Below, piece by piece: positions 21,855 through 33,821 of a stretch of 64,000 nucleotides of DNA. Source of the DNA: an uncultured Gemmatimonadales bacterium (lineage in GTDB: Bacteria > Gemmatimonadota > Gemmatimonadetes > Gemmatimonadales > GWC2-71-9); the NCBI GenBank assembly GCA_963842945.1, contig CAWJIM010000024.1, positions 96,001 to 160,000 on the forward strand. The letters are read 5' to 3'. The position numbers and the translations under genes are program-made. How positions within the stretch are numbered: position 1 is the first letter of the stretch; the number at the start of each line of letters is the position of its first letter. The notes under the pieces were generated by a model. The model was not told the DNA's origin. It searched no databases and saw nothing but the letters and a program-made list of their open reading frames with translations.

Positions 21855-22499
21855 CCCAATGCGATAGGCCCCGGTGAGGAATGGATTGGTGAGCCGTTCG
21901 ACCCCGATCGTGGTATCCAGGCCGTGGCCACTATGCACCACGGTCGAATCGGTCAGCGAGAGGAACTCGTTCTGAATCGTGGCCATGAGCGTGGTGGCGT
22001 CGCCTCCCGGCAAGTCCGTTCGGCCCACCGATCCGTTGAAGAGCACGTCTCCCCCGAAGATCAGGCCATAGCCGAGAAAGCTGACACTGCCGGGAGAGTG
22101 CCCCGGCGTGAATCGAACCTCGAAGCGATAATCACCGATTCGCAGGTGCTGTCCAGCCGTGAGCTCCGCGTGGGGAGCGGGCGGACGCTCCAGCTGCATA
22201 CCTACCCAGGTTCCATACTGGGGCAGCGAGTCGTACAGCGGCCGGTCGGCCCGATGCAGGTAGATCGGGGCGCCGGTGGCCTCATGCACGGCCTTCACAC
22301 CCATGATATGGTCGATATGGGCGTGAGTGAGCCAGATGGCCCGAAGCGCCCACTCCCGGCGGTTCAGCTCGGCCAGGAAACGGCTGGACTCCTCGCCCGG
22401 ATCGATGATCACCGCTTCGCCCGCGGCGGCATCCGCCACGAGGTAGCAGTTCTGGGCGAACTGTCCGTTCGGAATCGTCACCACTTCGGGACTAGACAC
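21852..22499 (-). CDS. MBL-fold metallo-hydrolase (glyoxalase II-like)
   Basis: LTHAHIDH, TPGHSPGS, GDVLF, GRTDLPGG, SGHG. Confidence 0.93.
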   Translation of the reverse strand: MSSPEVVTIPNGQFAQNCYLVADAAAGEAVIIDPGEESSRFLAELNRREWALRAIWLTHAHIDHIMGVKAVHEATGAPIYLHRADRPLYDSLPQYGTWVGMQLERPPAPHAELTAGQHLRIGDYRFEVRFTPGHSPGSVSFLGYGLIFGGDVLFNGSVGRTDLPGGDATTLMATIQNEFLSLTDSTVVHSGHGLDTTIGVERLTNPFLTGAYRIG

Positions 22500-23460
22500 C
22501 GGCCTTCGCCTTCGGCTCCGCCCGGCTCTTCCGATCGGACAGATATTTCTCCACTGCGATCGCCGCCGTGGTCGCGTCCCCCACAGCGGTGGTGATTTGA
22601 CGGGTGAGCTGCGCTCGCACGTCTCCCGCCGCGAACAATCCCGAAATGGAAGTCATCATCCGCTCATCGGTGACCAGGTAGCCGCTGGGATCGTGCACGA
22701 CATGCTGCTTCACCAGCCCGGTGTTGGGCCGAAAGCCGATGAAGATGAAGGCTCCGGTGGCGCTGAGAGAAGACAGCTGTCCGGTGACCGTGTCCTGCAG
22801 CTGCACCGACTGCAGGCCAGACGGTGCGCCTTTGAACTCGAGGACCCGTTTGTTCCAGATCACTTCGATCTTCGGGTTGGCGAACAGCCGCTCCTGCAGA
22901 ATCTTCGAGGCCCGGAACTGGTCTCGGCGGTGGATGACGTAGACCTTCTGGGCGTACCGGGTCAGATACTCGGCCTCCTCGACGGCGGCGTCTCCACCCC
23001 CGATAACGGCCAGGATTTCACCCTTGAAAAACGCGCCATCGCACACGGCACAGTAGGAAACCCCCCGGCCGGCGTACTCGACCTCACCGGGTACCTCCAA
23101 CTTCGTCGGCGTACCCCCGGCAGTGAGAATCACCGCGGGCGCCTGGTAGAGATGACCCAGACCGGTGGCGACATCGAAGGTGCCGTCGTCCAGACGCACG
23201 ATCGACTCCACCGTATCCTGCCGTATGTCAGCTCCGAACTTGACCGCATGCGCCGTCATCAGGTCGGCAAGCTGCCGGCCGAGGACGTGCTCGAACCCGG
23301 GATAATCGTCGATCCATTCGGTGTTCAGCAGCTCTCCGCCGGGCACACCCCGCTCGAGTAACAGCGACCGAAGCAGGCCCCGGCCAGCGTACATGGCTGC
23401 GCAGAGCCCTGCCGGGCCCCCACCTACGATGATCACGTCCAGCTCGGACTTGCCGGTCAT
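22492..23460 (-). CDS. trxB: Thioredoxin reductase
   Basis: GGGPAG, GVSYCAVCDG, GGGDAAVEEA, HRRD, AAGDV. Confidence 0.95.
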   Translation of the reverse strand: MTGKSELDVIIVGGGPAGLCAAMYAGRGLLRSLLLERGVPGGELLNTEWIDDYPGFEHVLGRQLADLMTAHAVKFGADIRQDTVESIVRLDDGTFDVATGLGHLYQAPAVILTAGGTPTKLEVPGEVEYAGRGVSYCAVCDGAFFKGEILAVIGGGDAAVEEAEYLTRYAQKVYVIHRRDQFRASKILQERLFANPKIEVIWNKRVLEFKGAPSGLQSVQLQDTVTGQLSSLSATGAFIFIGFRPNTGLVKQHVVHDPSGYLVTDERMMTSISGLFAAGDVRAQLTRQITTAVGDATTAAIAVEKYLSDRKSRAEPKAKAGV

Positions 23461-23530
23461 ACCCGCTCCAGGATGCACACGAAACTCCCTATCGCTCCAA
23501 AATATAGAACGTCTGAGGGTTCCCGTGCGC

Positions 23531-24286
23531 TTAGGCCAGGTGGAGCAGATTTACCGCGCCGTGGCAACTGGACACCGTGCCGACCAGCACATCTATCGGG
23601 GTTCCTTTGGCGCCCGCGGCTGCCACCGCAGCATCGCCCTCGAGCACCTCCGCAACGTCGAACATGCCAACGCCATAGACCCGGTGCTCGCAGACGAAGA
23701 GAACCGGGCCTGCCGTCGGCTGGGAGCGATCCAGTTTCCGGGCGACGGCAGCCAGGGCATCCGCCATCTCCCAGCTCCGGGGGGCTCGGATGATGGGACA
23801 AATCGCTGGCTCGATACAGTGCGTGGGACAAATCCAGTCGGCATAGGAGACATATCGGGTCTGGTCAGGCGCCGTTACATCGTAGGGAGTGCCCGGTGCC
23901 GCGGGCACCGCCGTCGTTTCGATCCTCCTGCCCGGCCAGCGACGGCGAGCCTGGCGAACCAGCCACTCGTACATCAGATGGGGCATGAGGGGTGACGGCA
24001 CGATGGCATCACCGGGACCACTCTGGGGAGCCGGGTGGGAGTCTTCCAGATAGCGGTCGAAAAACTCGCCCCAGTCCTGAACAACGAGGGTTACCCCCTC
24101 CCGAGTGCCGATCTCCCGGGCAACCCGGCACTGTGGATCGCGGTCTACCACCAGAAGCCGGCGGAAGCGGGCCCGGCCTCGTTCCGCGGCACGCAGGAGT
24201 TGCCCGGTATAGAAGGTGCCGTAGCAGCCGCCCCCCACGATGACGACATCGCGAAAGGCCGCGCTACTGGACCAGTCGTCCACCAT
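23531..24286 (-). CDS. Hypothetical protein with Rossmann-like motif and Cys cluster
   Basis: VIVGGGCYG...VVD; CPTHCIEPAICP; SSCHG. Confidence 0.7.
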   Translation of the reverse strand: MVDDWSSSAAFRDVVIVGGGCYGTFYTGQLLRAAERGRARFRRLLVVDRDPQCRVAREIGTREGVTLVVQDWGEFFDRYLEDSHPAPQSGPGDAIVPSPLMPHLMYEWLVRQARRRWPGRRIETTAVPAAPGTPYDVTAPDQTRYVSYADWICPTHCIEPAICPIIRAPRSWEMADALAAVARKLDRSQPTAGPVLFVCEHRVYGVGMFDVAEVLEGDAAVAAAGAKGTPIDVLVGTVSSCHGAVNLLHLA

Positions 24287-24995
24287 CGACCACCAGGATC
24301 TCGCCGGTCACGTAGTCACCACCCTCCAGGAGGTACAGCAACGCCGCCACCACGTCCGCCGGACTTCCCAGGCGGCGGAGCGGCGTCGAGCGCACCAGCC
24401 GCTCGCGATCCTCGGCGCTGTAGTCCTCCGGTATCAGCACCGCCCCAGGTGCAATGGCGTTGACCGTGACGTCGGGAGCCAGGCTTCGGGCCAGCACCTT
24501 GGTCAGCATGACAACTCCGGCCTTGCTGATGGAATGCGCCGCAAAACCGGGCCAGGGTTCGAGGCCTGCCAGGTCCGCCAGGTTCACCACCTTGCCCCGG
24601 CTCTGCCGGAGCGCCGCCGCCGCTCCCCGGGTACAGAAGAATACCGACCGGAGGTTGAGGCCAAGAATGGCATCCCACTGCTCCGGCGTAGTGTCCTCCA
24701 GACTCAGCCGATGCATGACCGCCGCAGAGTTGACCAGAACGTTGAGGCCACCCAGCCGGGCGGCGACCGTACGAGGCAAGGATTCGGCGGCATGTGGGTC
24801 GGTGAGGTCGGCTTGAAAGCATGCGGCGCGTCCTCCCGCTGCCTCGATCTGTCCAGCCAGCTCGCGCGCGCCGGCTTCAGACTGGTGATAGTGCAGCGCG
24901 ACGGTCATGCCCCGTTCTGCCAGTGCCTGCGCCATGGCGCGGCCCAACCGGCGTCCGGCGCCGGTCACCAGTGCCACCTTGCCCCGTAGCTCCAT
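24264..24995 (-). CDS. SDR oxidoreductase, pteridine-reductase-like
   Basis: TGAGRRLG, ALHYHQS, LVNSAA, HSISK (His in place of the YxxxK Tyr). Confidence 0.85.
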   Translation of the reverse strand: MELRGKVALVTGAGRRLGRAMAQALAERGMTVALHYHQSEAGARELAGQIEAAGGRAACFQADLTDPHAAESLPRTVAARLGGLNVLVNSAAVMHRLSLEDTTPEQWDAILGLNLRSVFFCTRGAAAALRQSRGKVVNLADLAGLEPWPGFAAHSISKAGVVMLTKVLARSLAPDVTVNAIAPGAVLIPEDYSAEDRERLVRSTPLRRLGSPADVVAALLYLLEGGDYVTGEILVVDGGRLVQ

Positions 24996-25729
24996 TAGTG
25001 AGCGCCGGAGCCCGGCGGTGCAATCGGTACGATTTTTCCGGTAACGGTTGATGACGGGCTGGCGAGGGCCATAACGCCCTCGGTGACTTCCCGCATTTCA
25101 ACGTACTGAGCTTGGCCTTCTCCCACGGCGGCAACGTTGTCCATGGTTCGCACCATTGCCGGCGCCACCGCGTTCACCCGGATCTTGCGGTCCTGCAGCT
25201 CGAGGGCAAGGCTTTGGGTGAATCCCGCTACGGCGGCTTTGGCGGCGCTGTAGATCGCCATCGGCGCCTGGGGGCTGAAGTACGCGATCGAGCAGAAGTT
25301 GATGATGCAGCCTCGGCTCCGGCTCAACGCGTCAATGGCGGCCTGCGACACCAGCACAGCCGTTTTCAGGTTGATGGAAATCTCCCGGTCGATAGCCTTG
25401 ACCGTGAGATCATTGATGGGGCCATAGGTGGTGAGTCCGCCGGCCACGTTCACCACCACATCCAGGCGGCCGAAGTGCTTGAGCGCAACTTCCACCGCGA
25501 GCGCCGCGATGTCGGGTTCGGTGAGGTCACCGGCGCAGGGCCGGGCATCCACCCCCTGGGCCGCGAACTCCCGAACCCGCTCGGCCACTCCCACCGCATT
25601 CTGGTCGCAAGCCACGATCTTGGCACCGGCTTTTCCGAAGGCGAGTGCGACGGCGTTGCCGATCTGGCCCGCGCGTCCCACCCCGGTGACCAACACCACC
25701 TTGTCCGCGAACTCCGACTTCGGGCTCAA
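24995..25729 (-). CDS. SDR oxidoreductase
   Basis: TGVGRAGQIG, NVAG, YSAAK, RVNAVAP. Confidence 0.9.
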   Translation of the reverse strand: MSPKSEFADKVVLVTGVGRAGQIGNAVALAFGKAGAKIVACDQNAVGVAERVREFAAQGVDARPCAGDLTEPDIAALAVEVALKHFGRLDVVVNVAGGLTTYGPINDLTVKAIDREISINLKTAVLVSQAAIDALSRSRGCIINFCSIAYFSPQAPMAIYSAAKAAVAGFTQSLALELQDRKIRVNAVAPAMVRTMDNVAAVGEGQAQYVEMREVTEGVMALASPSSTVTGKIVPIAPPGSGAH

Positions 25730-26166
25730 GGTGCCAGACTCTCCACCACCAGCTCCGCTCCCGGTGCTCCGGCCTGGCTGTAGAGCACCATCCCGTTGCG
25801 ATCAATGAGACAGACGGAACGGGAAATTCCCTTGCCGTCCGGCTTCAGCGTGCCGTAGGCGCGACTGATCGCGAGGTTGGTGTCGGAGAGCAGGGGAAAA
25901 GGCAGCCCCAGCTTGGCGGCATAACTCGCATGGCTTTCTACCGACGCGGGGTTTACCCCGAACGGGCGGATGTCGTGGCTGGTGAAGGTCTCGATCTCGT
26001 CGCGCACGGCGGAGAGTTGGCGGTTTCAGCCAGGGGTGTTGTTGCCGGGATAGAAGACCAGCAGCACTCGGCTCTCCTGCAGCAAATCCATCAGCCGGTA
26101 CCGCCGTCCATCAGACGCATCGGCCGCAAAGTCGGGTGCGGGGGAGCCAGGTTGCAGGAGAGTCAT
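25726..26166 (-). CDS. Peroxiredoxin (BCP/PrxQ-like) with in-frame UGA at the peroxidatic position; probable selenoprotein
   Basis: MTLLQPGSPAPDF...VFYPGNNTPG[TGA 26026-26028]NRQLSAVRD...LPFPLLSD...RSVCLID. Confidence 0.85.
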
Positions 26167-27030
26167 GAAGCCACCGATCTCTGAGGTTGATTCTTCCACT
26201 CATCCAGTCGATCCAGCCACTCTCGCGGCACCTGCTGTGAGCCCATGGCTCCGTGAGTTGAGCCGGGCTCGGGATCGCCATGCCAGTCGCTCCCCCCAGT
26301 CCGGAGGAGGCCAAGTTGGAGGGCGATATCGGTAAGCCGCGCGCGAAGGTCGGGATCGTGGCTCGGGTGCCGAGTCTCGATCGCGTCCAGGCCCTCTCCC
26401 TTGAATCGTTCAACGATCTCGCGGGTACCGCGTTCCTTCAAGTGCGCGATCGAGACCACACCTCCCGCGGCATGGACAACCGCTGCCACCTCAGCAAAGC
26501 GGGGCAGCGTCTTCTCCACGAACGCCGGACGGCCCCGCCCAATCAGTCGGTCGAAGGCATCGTTGGCGTTGGCGGCCCCGCCATGGCGCACCAGCGCGCG
26601 AGCCACGTGCGGCCGGCCCACGGCGGCACCGCCGGATTCCTGCAGCACATTCTCGAACGAGAGGTCAAGGCCGAGGCGCTGCAGGTGGCTCGACCATCTC
26701 CCGGGCCCGCCGCAACCGATCTGCTCTGCAGCGCTCGAGAAACGCCTCCAGCTCGGCCGACTGCGAAGGAAGCAGGTATCCCAGGACGTGCATCTCGCCC
26801 CAGGGCGCGGCCACGGAGAATTCGCAGCCGGCCACCACCCGAACGCCGTAGCGCTCCCCGGCTGCCAGTGCTTCGGGTATTCCGGCGAGGGTATCGTGAT
26901 CAGTGAGCGCCACGGCGCTTAGTCCGGCGTCACGGGCCCGTCGAACCACTCCCTCGGGTGACACTCTTCCGTCTGAGGCCGTCGAGTGCACGTGCAGGTC
27001 GACAGTCCCAGAGACCGCAGGAGAGCTCAG
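26163..27030 (-). CDS. PHP-domain phosphoesterase, frameshift near 26690
   Basis: DLHVHSTASDG, LTDHDT, HVLGY, GRPHVA, TGGSDWHG. Confidence 0.88.
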
Positions 27031-27293
27031 CGCCGATACCCCATCTCGGGTGCGGTCCAGGAAGGCTGCGAGTAACGAAGTAGCTCCTTCAGCTCCTGAT
27101 CGCTGAGCTGTCCCAGCGACGTCTCCCGGCTCTTGGCGCCGAGCGGAGAATAGCGCACCACCCGCCGCTCCTGTTGCGCGCCGGTGCCGCGGGTGAACAC
27201 CAGGCCGAACTCATCCTTGACGTACTGGGTGACCCGGCCGCTGACCGACACTTCCCACTGCTTGCCGTCTACCTCGATGACCCGCCGCGGCAT
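27027..27293 (-). CDS. Small hypothetical protein
   Basis: 88-aa ORF coupled to both neighbours, with normal codon usage. Confidence 0.75.
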   Translation of the reverse strand: MPRRVIEVDGKQWEVSVSGRVTQYVKDEFGLVFTRGTGAQQERRVVRYSPLGAKSRETSLGQLSDQELKELLRYSQPSWTAPEMGYRR

Positions 27294-28747
27294 CAGGCCC
27301 CGCTCTCCGGAAAGTCCTGCAGTCCCTGCTTCACATCGGCCATGAAGCGATCCGCGTCCGCCCCGTCTACGATCCGATGATCGAAGGCCAGCGAGAGAAG
27401 TCCCTTGGTGCGGACCGCGATCATGTCGGCACCGTCCACGGTGATCACCGCCGGTTGCTTCTCGATGGTGCCGACGCAGAGAATGGCCGCCTGGGGCTGG
27501 TTGATGATGGGGGTGCCGATGGCCGACCCGAATACCCCAGGATTGGTGATGGTGAATGTCCCCTTCTGTACTTCGTCCGGGCTCAGCTTCTTGGTCCGGG
27601 CCCGCTCGCCCAGATCGTTGATGGCCCGGGCAACGCCGAGGAGAGACAACTCATCCGCCCGCTTGATCACCGGAACGATCAAGCCCCAGTCCAAAGCGAC
27701 GGCGATGCCGATGTTGATGTCGCGCCGGAACAGGGTGCTCTCACCAGACACGGCCGAGTTCAGCACCGGATGTTTCCGGAGGTTATCGGCCACGACCTTG
27801 GTGATGAACGCGAGGTAGGTCAGGTTCACCCCCCGTTCGGCGTACTCCTGCTTCCGCCGGGCGCGAATCTGGACGATGCGGGTGTAGTCGATCTCGAAGA
27901 TGGTGTTGACATGGGGCGAGACCCGCCGCGACATGACCATGTGGTCCGCGGTGAGCTTCCGGATCCGCGACCAGGGCTCGACCCGATCGCCGTCCCAAGG
28001 ATCGACGGTTGGAGCCGGCGCAAGCGGGGCGGCGGGGCCGCGGGGCGGCGGGGCGGTGACAGTCCCTGCGGGAACTGGAGTTGGTCTCGAGGGTGCTGCC
28101 CCGTCCGATGTAGCCCAGCATGTCGTTCTTCGTGACCCGGCCGGCGAGCCCGGTGCCGGGTACCGCGCTGATGTCCACGTTATGCTCGGCCGCCATCTTA
28201 CGGACCACCGGGGTCGATTTCCGCCGCAGCCGCTCTTCGGCCGTCTCCGCCGCCCCGTTGCCGCCGGTGGCATCGGCGACGGGCCGGGCTTCAGCGCTGG
28301 CAGTTGCGGGAGCTCCCCTCGGCGGCGGCGCTGAAGGCTGACTGGCGCCGGAGCCACCCTTGGGAGGAGCAGATGGTGCAGGAGCCACTGGGGCCGGAGG
28401 AGCCCCAGTGGGCGCCGCGGGCTTGCTCGGTGCCGGTGCGTTGGGCGGTGGTGCCGCCGGACGGGGGCTCTCGGGTGCGGCCGGTTTCGCCGCTGCACCG
28501 GCAGTGGCGTCGGTCTCGATCCGGGCCACGACGGTCTGACCGCGACGGTCTGACCCTCCTGCACCAGGATCTCGGCCAGTACACCGGCATTCGGAGCCGG
28601 GATCTCGGCATCGACCTTGTCGGTCGAGATCTCGAAGATCGGCTCGTCCCGCTTGACCGTGTCTCCCACCTTCTTGATCCAGCGGGACAGCGTGCCCTCG
28701 GCGATCGACTCGCCCATCTGGGGCATGATCACGTCTATCTTGGCCAT
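27293..28747 (-). CDS. 2-oxoacid dehydrogenase E2 (dihydrolipoamide acyltransferase), frameshifts near 28540 and 28115
   Basis: Lipoyl domain ISTDKVDAEIP, E3-binding STPVVRKMA...GRVTKND, catalytic FDHRIVDG. Confidence 0.92.
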   Translation of the reverse strand: MAKIDVIMPQMGESIAEGTLSRWIKKVGDTVKRDEPIFEISTDKVDAEIPAPNAGVLAEILVQEGQTVAVRPSWPGSRPTPLPVQRRNRPHPRAPVRRHHRPTHRHRASPRRPLGLLRPQWLLHHLLLPRVAPAPVSLQRRRRGELPQLPALKPGPSPMPPAATGRRRRPKSGCGGNRPRWSVRWRPSITWTSARYPAPGSPAGSRRTTCWATSDGAAPSRPTPVPAGTVTAPPPRGPAAPLAPAPTVDPWDGDRVEPWSRIRKLTADHMVMSRRVSPHVNTIFEIDYTRIVQIRARRKQEYAERGVNLTYLAFITKVVADNLRKHPVLNSAVSGESTLFRRDINIGIAVALDWGLIVPVIKRADELSLLGVARAINDLGERARTKKLSPDEVQKGTFTITNPGVFGSAIGTPIINQPQAAILCVGTIEKQPAVITVDGADMIAVRTKGLLSLAFDHRIVDGADADRFMADVKQGLQDFPESGA

Positions 28748-28761
28748 GCGAATCTCCGATT

Positions 28762-28878
28762 CGGCGGGTCGGCGGGGCAGTGAGGCGGCAGGGCAGCCAC
28801 CGATACCATCGCCGGTCTTCACCGAAATTAACCGCCCCTCTCTCCCTCCGCCCTCCCTAGCTGCCCGCTGACTCAGCC
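28762..28878. repeat. Degenerate inverted tandem-repeat element, 8-nt units
   Basis: cggcgggt cggcgggg cagtgagg cggcaggg ... C-rich ccgcccct/ctgcccgctg arm abutting the E1-beta stop. Confidence 0.5.
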
Positions 28879-29857
28879 CTAATACGCCGCCAGCCACCTC
28901 GCCGCCCTCACGATGTCCGCCGTCTGCGGCAACACGAAGTCCTCCAGCTGCGGAGCGTAGGGCAGCGGCACGTCGTGCGCGGCCACCCGCTTGATCGGCG
29001 CATCGAGCCACTCGAACGCGAGATCGTTGATCCGGGCGGCGATCTCGCCCGCCACTCCACCGGTCACGGTGTCCTCGTGCACGATCAGCACCCGATTGGT
29101 CTTTTTTACCGTCGCCGCGATGGCCTCATCATCCATCGGCAGACAGCGACCGGAGGTCGAGCACCTCGACGGAGAGCCCGTCCTCCCGCTCCAGCTGCTC
29201 GGCCGCCTCGAGCGCCTTCCACACGGTGGCGGCGTAGGTGATGATCGACAGGTCGCGTCCTTCCCGCGCCAGGCGAGCCTTGCCGATGGGCACCACGTGA
29301 TCGCCCGTGGGCAGCTCTTCCTTGATCCGGCGGTAGAGATACTTGTGCTCGAAGAAGAGCACGCAGTCGTCGTCCCGGATGGCGGCCTTGATCAGCCCCT
29401 TGGCATCGCTCGCCGTGGCCGGATAGACGATCTTGAGCCCGGGCGTATGGAGAAACGCCGCCTCGGGGTTCTGCGAATGAAACGGCCCGCCGCGGACGTA
29501 CCCGCCGCTCGGTCCGCGCACCACCATGGGACACGGCAGAAAGGCGCGGTAGCGGGCGGTCGCGACGTAGTTGGTGAGCATGTCGTAGGCGCAGGAGATG
29601 AAGTCGATGAACTGCATCTCGCAGACCGGACGCATGCCCATGTGCGCCGCGCCGGCCGCCGCGCCAACGATGGCCGCCTCCGACAGCGGCGTATCGATCA
29701 CCCGCTGCTCGCCGAAGCGGGCCTGCAGCCCTTCGGTCACCTTGAACGCGCCACCGTAGGCGCCGATGTCCTCGCCCAGGCAGAGCACCTCGGGGTCCCG
29801 CTCCATCTCCTCGAACAATCCCTGGCGGATCGCCTCGAGATAGGTGGTCTCAGCCAT
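28879..29857 (-). CDS. 2-oxoacid dehydrogenase E1 beta, frameshift near 29140
   Basis: GEDIGAYGG, DTPLSE, EMQFIDF, FHSQNPE, FFEHK, IVHED. Confidence 0.93.
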
Positions 29858-30961
29858 CGTGGGTTCCCCAGCTCGCCGGCCGCTCGTGGCGTCTCACCGC
29901 CGATCGTATCCCCTCCCGGATACCAGAGCACCGGTGCCGCGGCCGGATCGGCGTACACCCCGCGGAGCGCGTCGCGCGGCTCGGGCGCGGGCGACGCCTC
30001 CGCCTCGTCGGTGGCTCGATCGATCTCCAGCCTGACCCGAGCGTCGATCGCGCTCCAGCTCGGCGGCCGGGAATCCGTACTGTCCGGTGAGCTCGCTGGA
30101 TGTAGCGGTCGACCGGATCGTTCTCCCGGGCCCAGCGGTCGATCTCGCCGGGCGGCACGTACGACTGGTTGTCGTGCTCGGCGTGGCCCTTGCGCCGGTA
30201 GGTCACCAGCTCGATCAGGGTGACGCCCTCTCCCGACCGGGCCCGGTCCACCGCCTCCTTGGTGACCTGGTAGGTCGCCACGACATCGTTCCCGTCTGCC
30301 CGCACGCCGGGAATCCCGTAGCCGACTCGCCTTGTCCTTGAAGCTGGTGCACGCGGTCTGCTTGCTGGTGGGAGTGGAGTAGGCGTAGCCGTTGTTCTCC
30401 ACGATCACCACCAGCGGGCAGCGCTGGACCGCGGCGAAGTTGATCCCCTCGTGGAACGCGCCGGTGGAGGTGGCCCCGTCGCCCACGTACACCAGCCCGA
30501 CCCGCGGCTCGTCCCGCAGCTTGAACGAAAGGGTGACCCCGGCCATGACCGGCACCATGTCGCCCAGATGCGAGATCTGGCCGATGAACCCGCGCACCGT
30601 GTCGCCGAAATGAATGTTCAGCTCGCGGCCCCGGGTGGGTGAGTCGCCCTTGGCCATGTATTGCCGCAGGATCTCGAGCGGGGTGGCGCCCTGCACCAGC
30701 ATGGAGCCGAGATTGCGGATCAGCGGAGAGAGGACGTCGCCCTTGGAGCGGTCCAGCGCGTAGGCGGAGCCCACCGCGTCGGCCTCCTGGCCCAGGGAGC
30801 GGAACAGTCCCCCGACCACCTTGGTCTGCCGGTACAGATTGACCAGCCGCTCCTCCAGCGAGCGGGTGAGCCGCATGTAGTAGTACAGCTCGAGCAGCTG
30901 ATCGCGGGTCAGCCCGGGACCAGCGGCCCGTGGACGCGGCGACGGCGCCGCGAGCGGCCAT
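29850..30961 (-). CDS. 2-oxoacid dehydrogenase E1 alpha, several frameshifts
   Basis: TPP motif GDGATSTG...VENNGYAYST; TYRRKGHAEHD. Confidence 0.9.
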
Positions 30962-30970
30962 GCATGAGAC

Positions 30971-33480
<2,510 letters not shown>

Positions 33481-33530
33481 CGTAGAAATTCTCCTAGGGA
33501 TCACAGACATGTTGAGCAAGGGTTATGAAA

Positions 33531-33821
33531 TCAGTAGGCGCCGATGGGACGGTGGCCCGGTTCCGCCCGGGTGTGCACCAGAGTGAGGAAACGCTTGGCC
33601 AGCTTGTCGGCTTCACTCTCGCCGACCTGGTCGGTGTCGACCGTGACCAGGGTGTAGTGGCCGCCTTCCGCCTGCACCGACACGCCGATCCGGCCGATCG
33701 AACCGGCAAACTGACGCCGGCGGGGCCCCTCCTCCACCGGCGCGAGCGTAGCGCCGAAGAACTGCGCGGCTCCGGCCAGCACGTCGTCGGGAGAGAGATG
33801 AGTGCGGTGGAAATACTTCAT
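33531..33821 (-). CDS. Small hypothetical protein
   Basis: 96-aa ORF immediately after the ino1 stop. Confidence 0.75.
   Translation of the reverse strand: MKYFHRTHLSPDDVLAGAAQFFGATLAPVEEGPRRRQFAGSIGRIGVSVQAEGGHYTLVTVDTDQVGESEADKLAKRFLTLVHTRAEPGHRPIGAY

Noticed and set aside
20943..22595. Long antisense ORFs (also 14843-16033, 31628-32968, 12532-13509 and others)
   Set aside because: Shadow frames of real high-GC genes on the opposite strand, with no recognisable motifs.
28200..28520. Pro/Ala-rich low-complexity segment as a repeat element
   Set aside because: Normal E2 flexible linker with codon-level periodicity.
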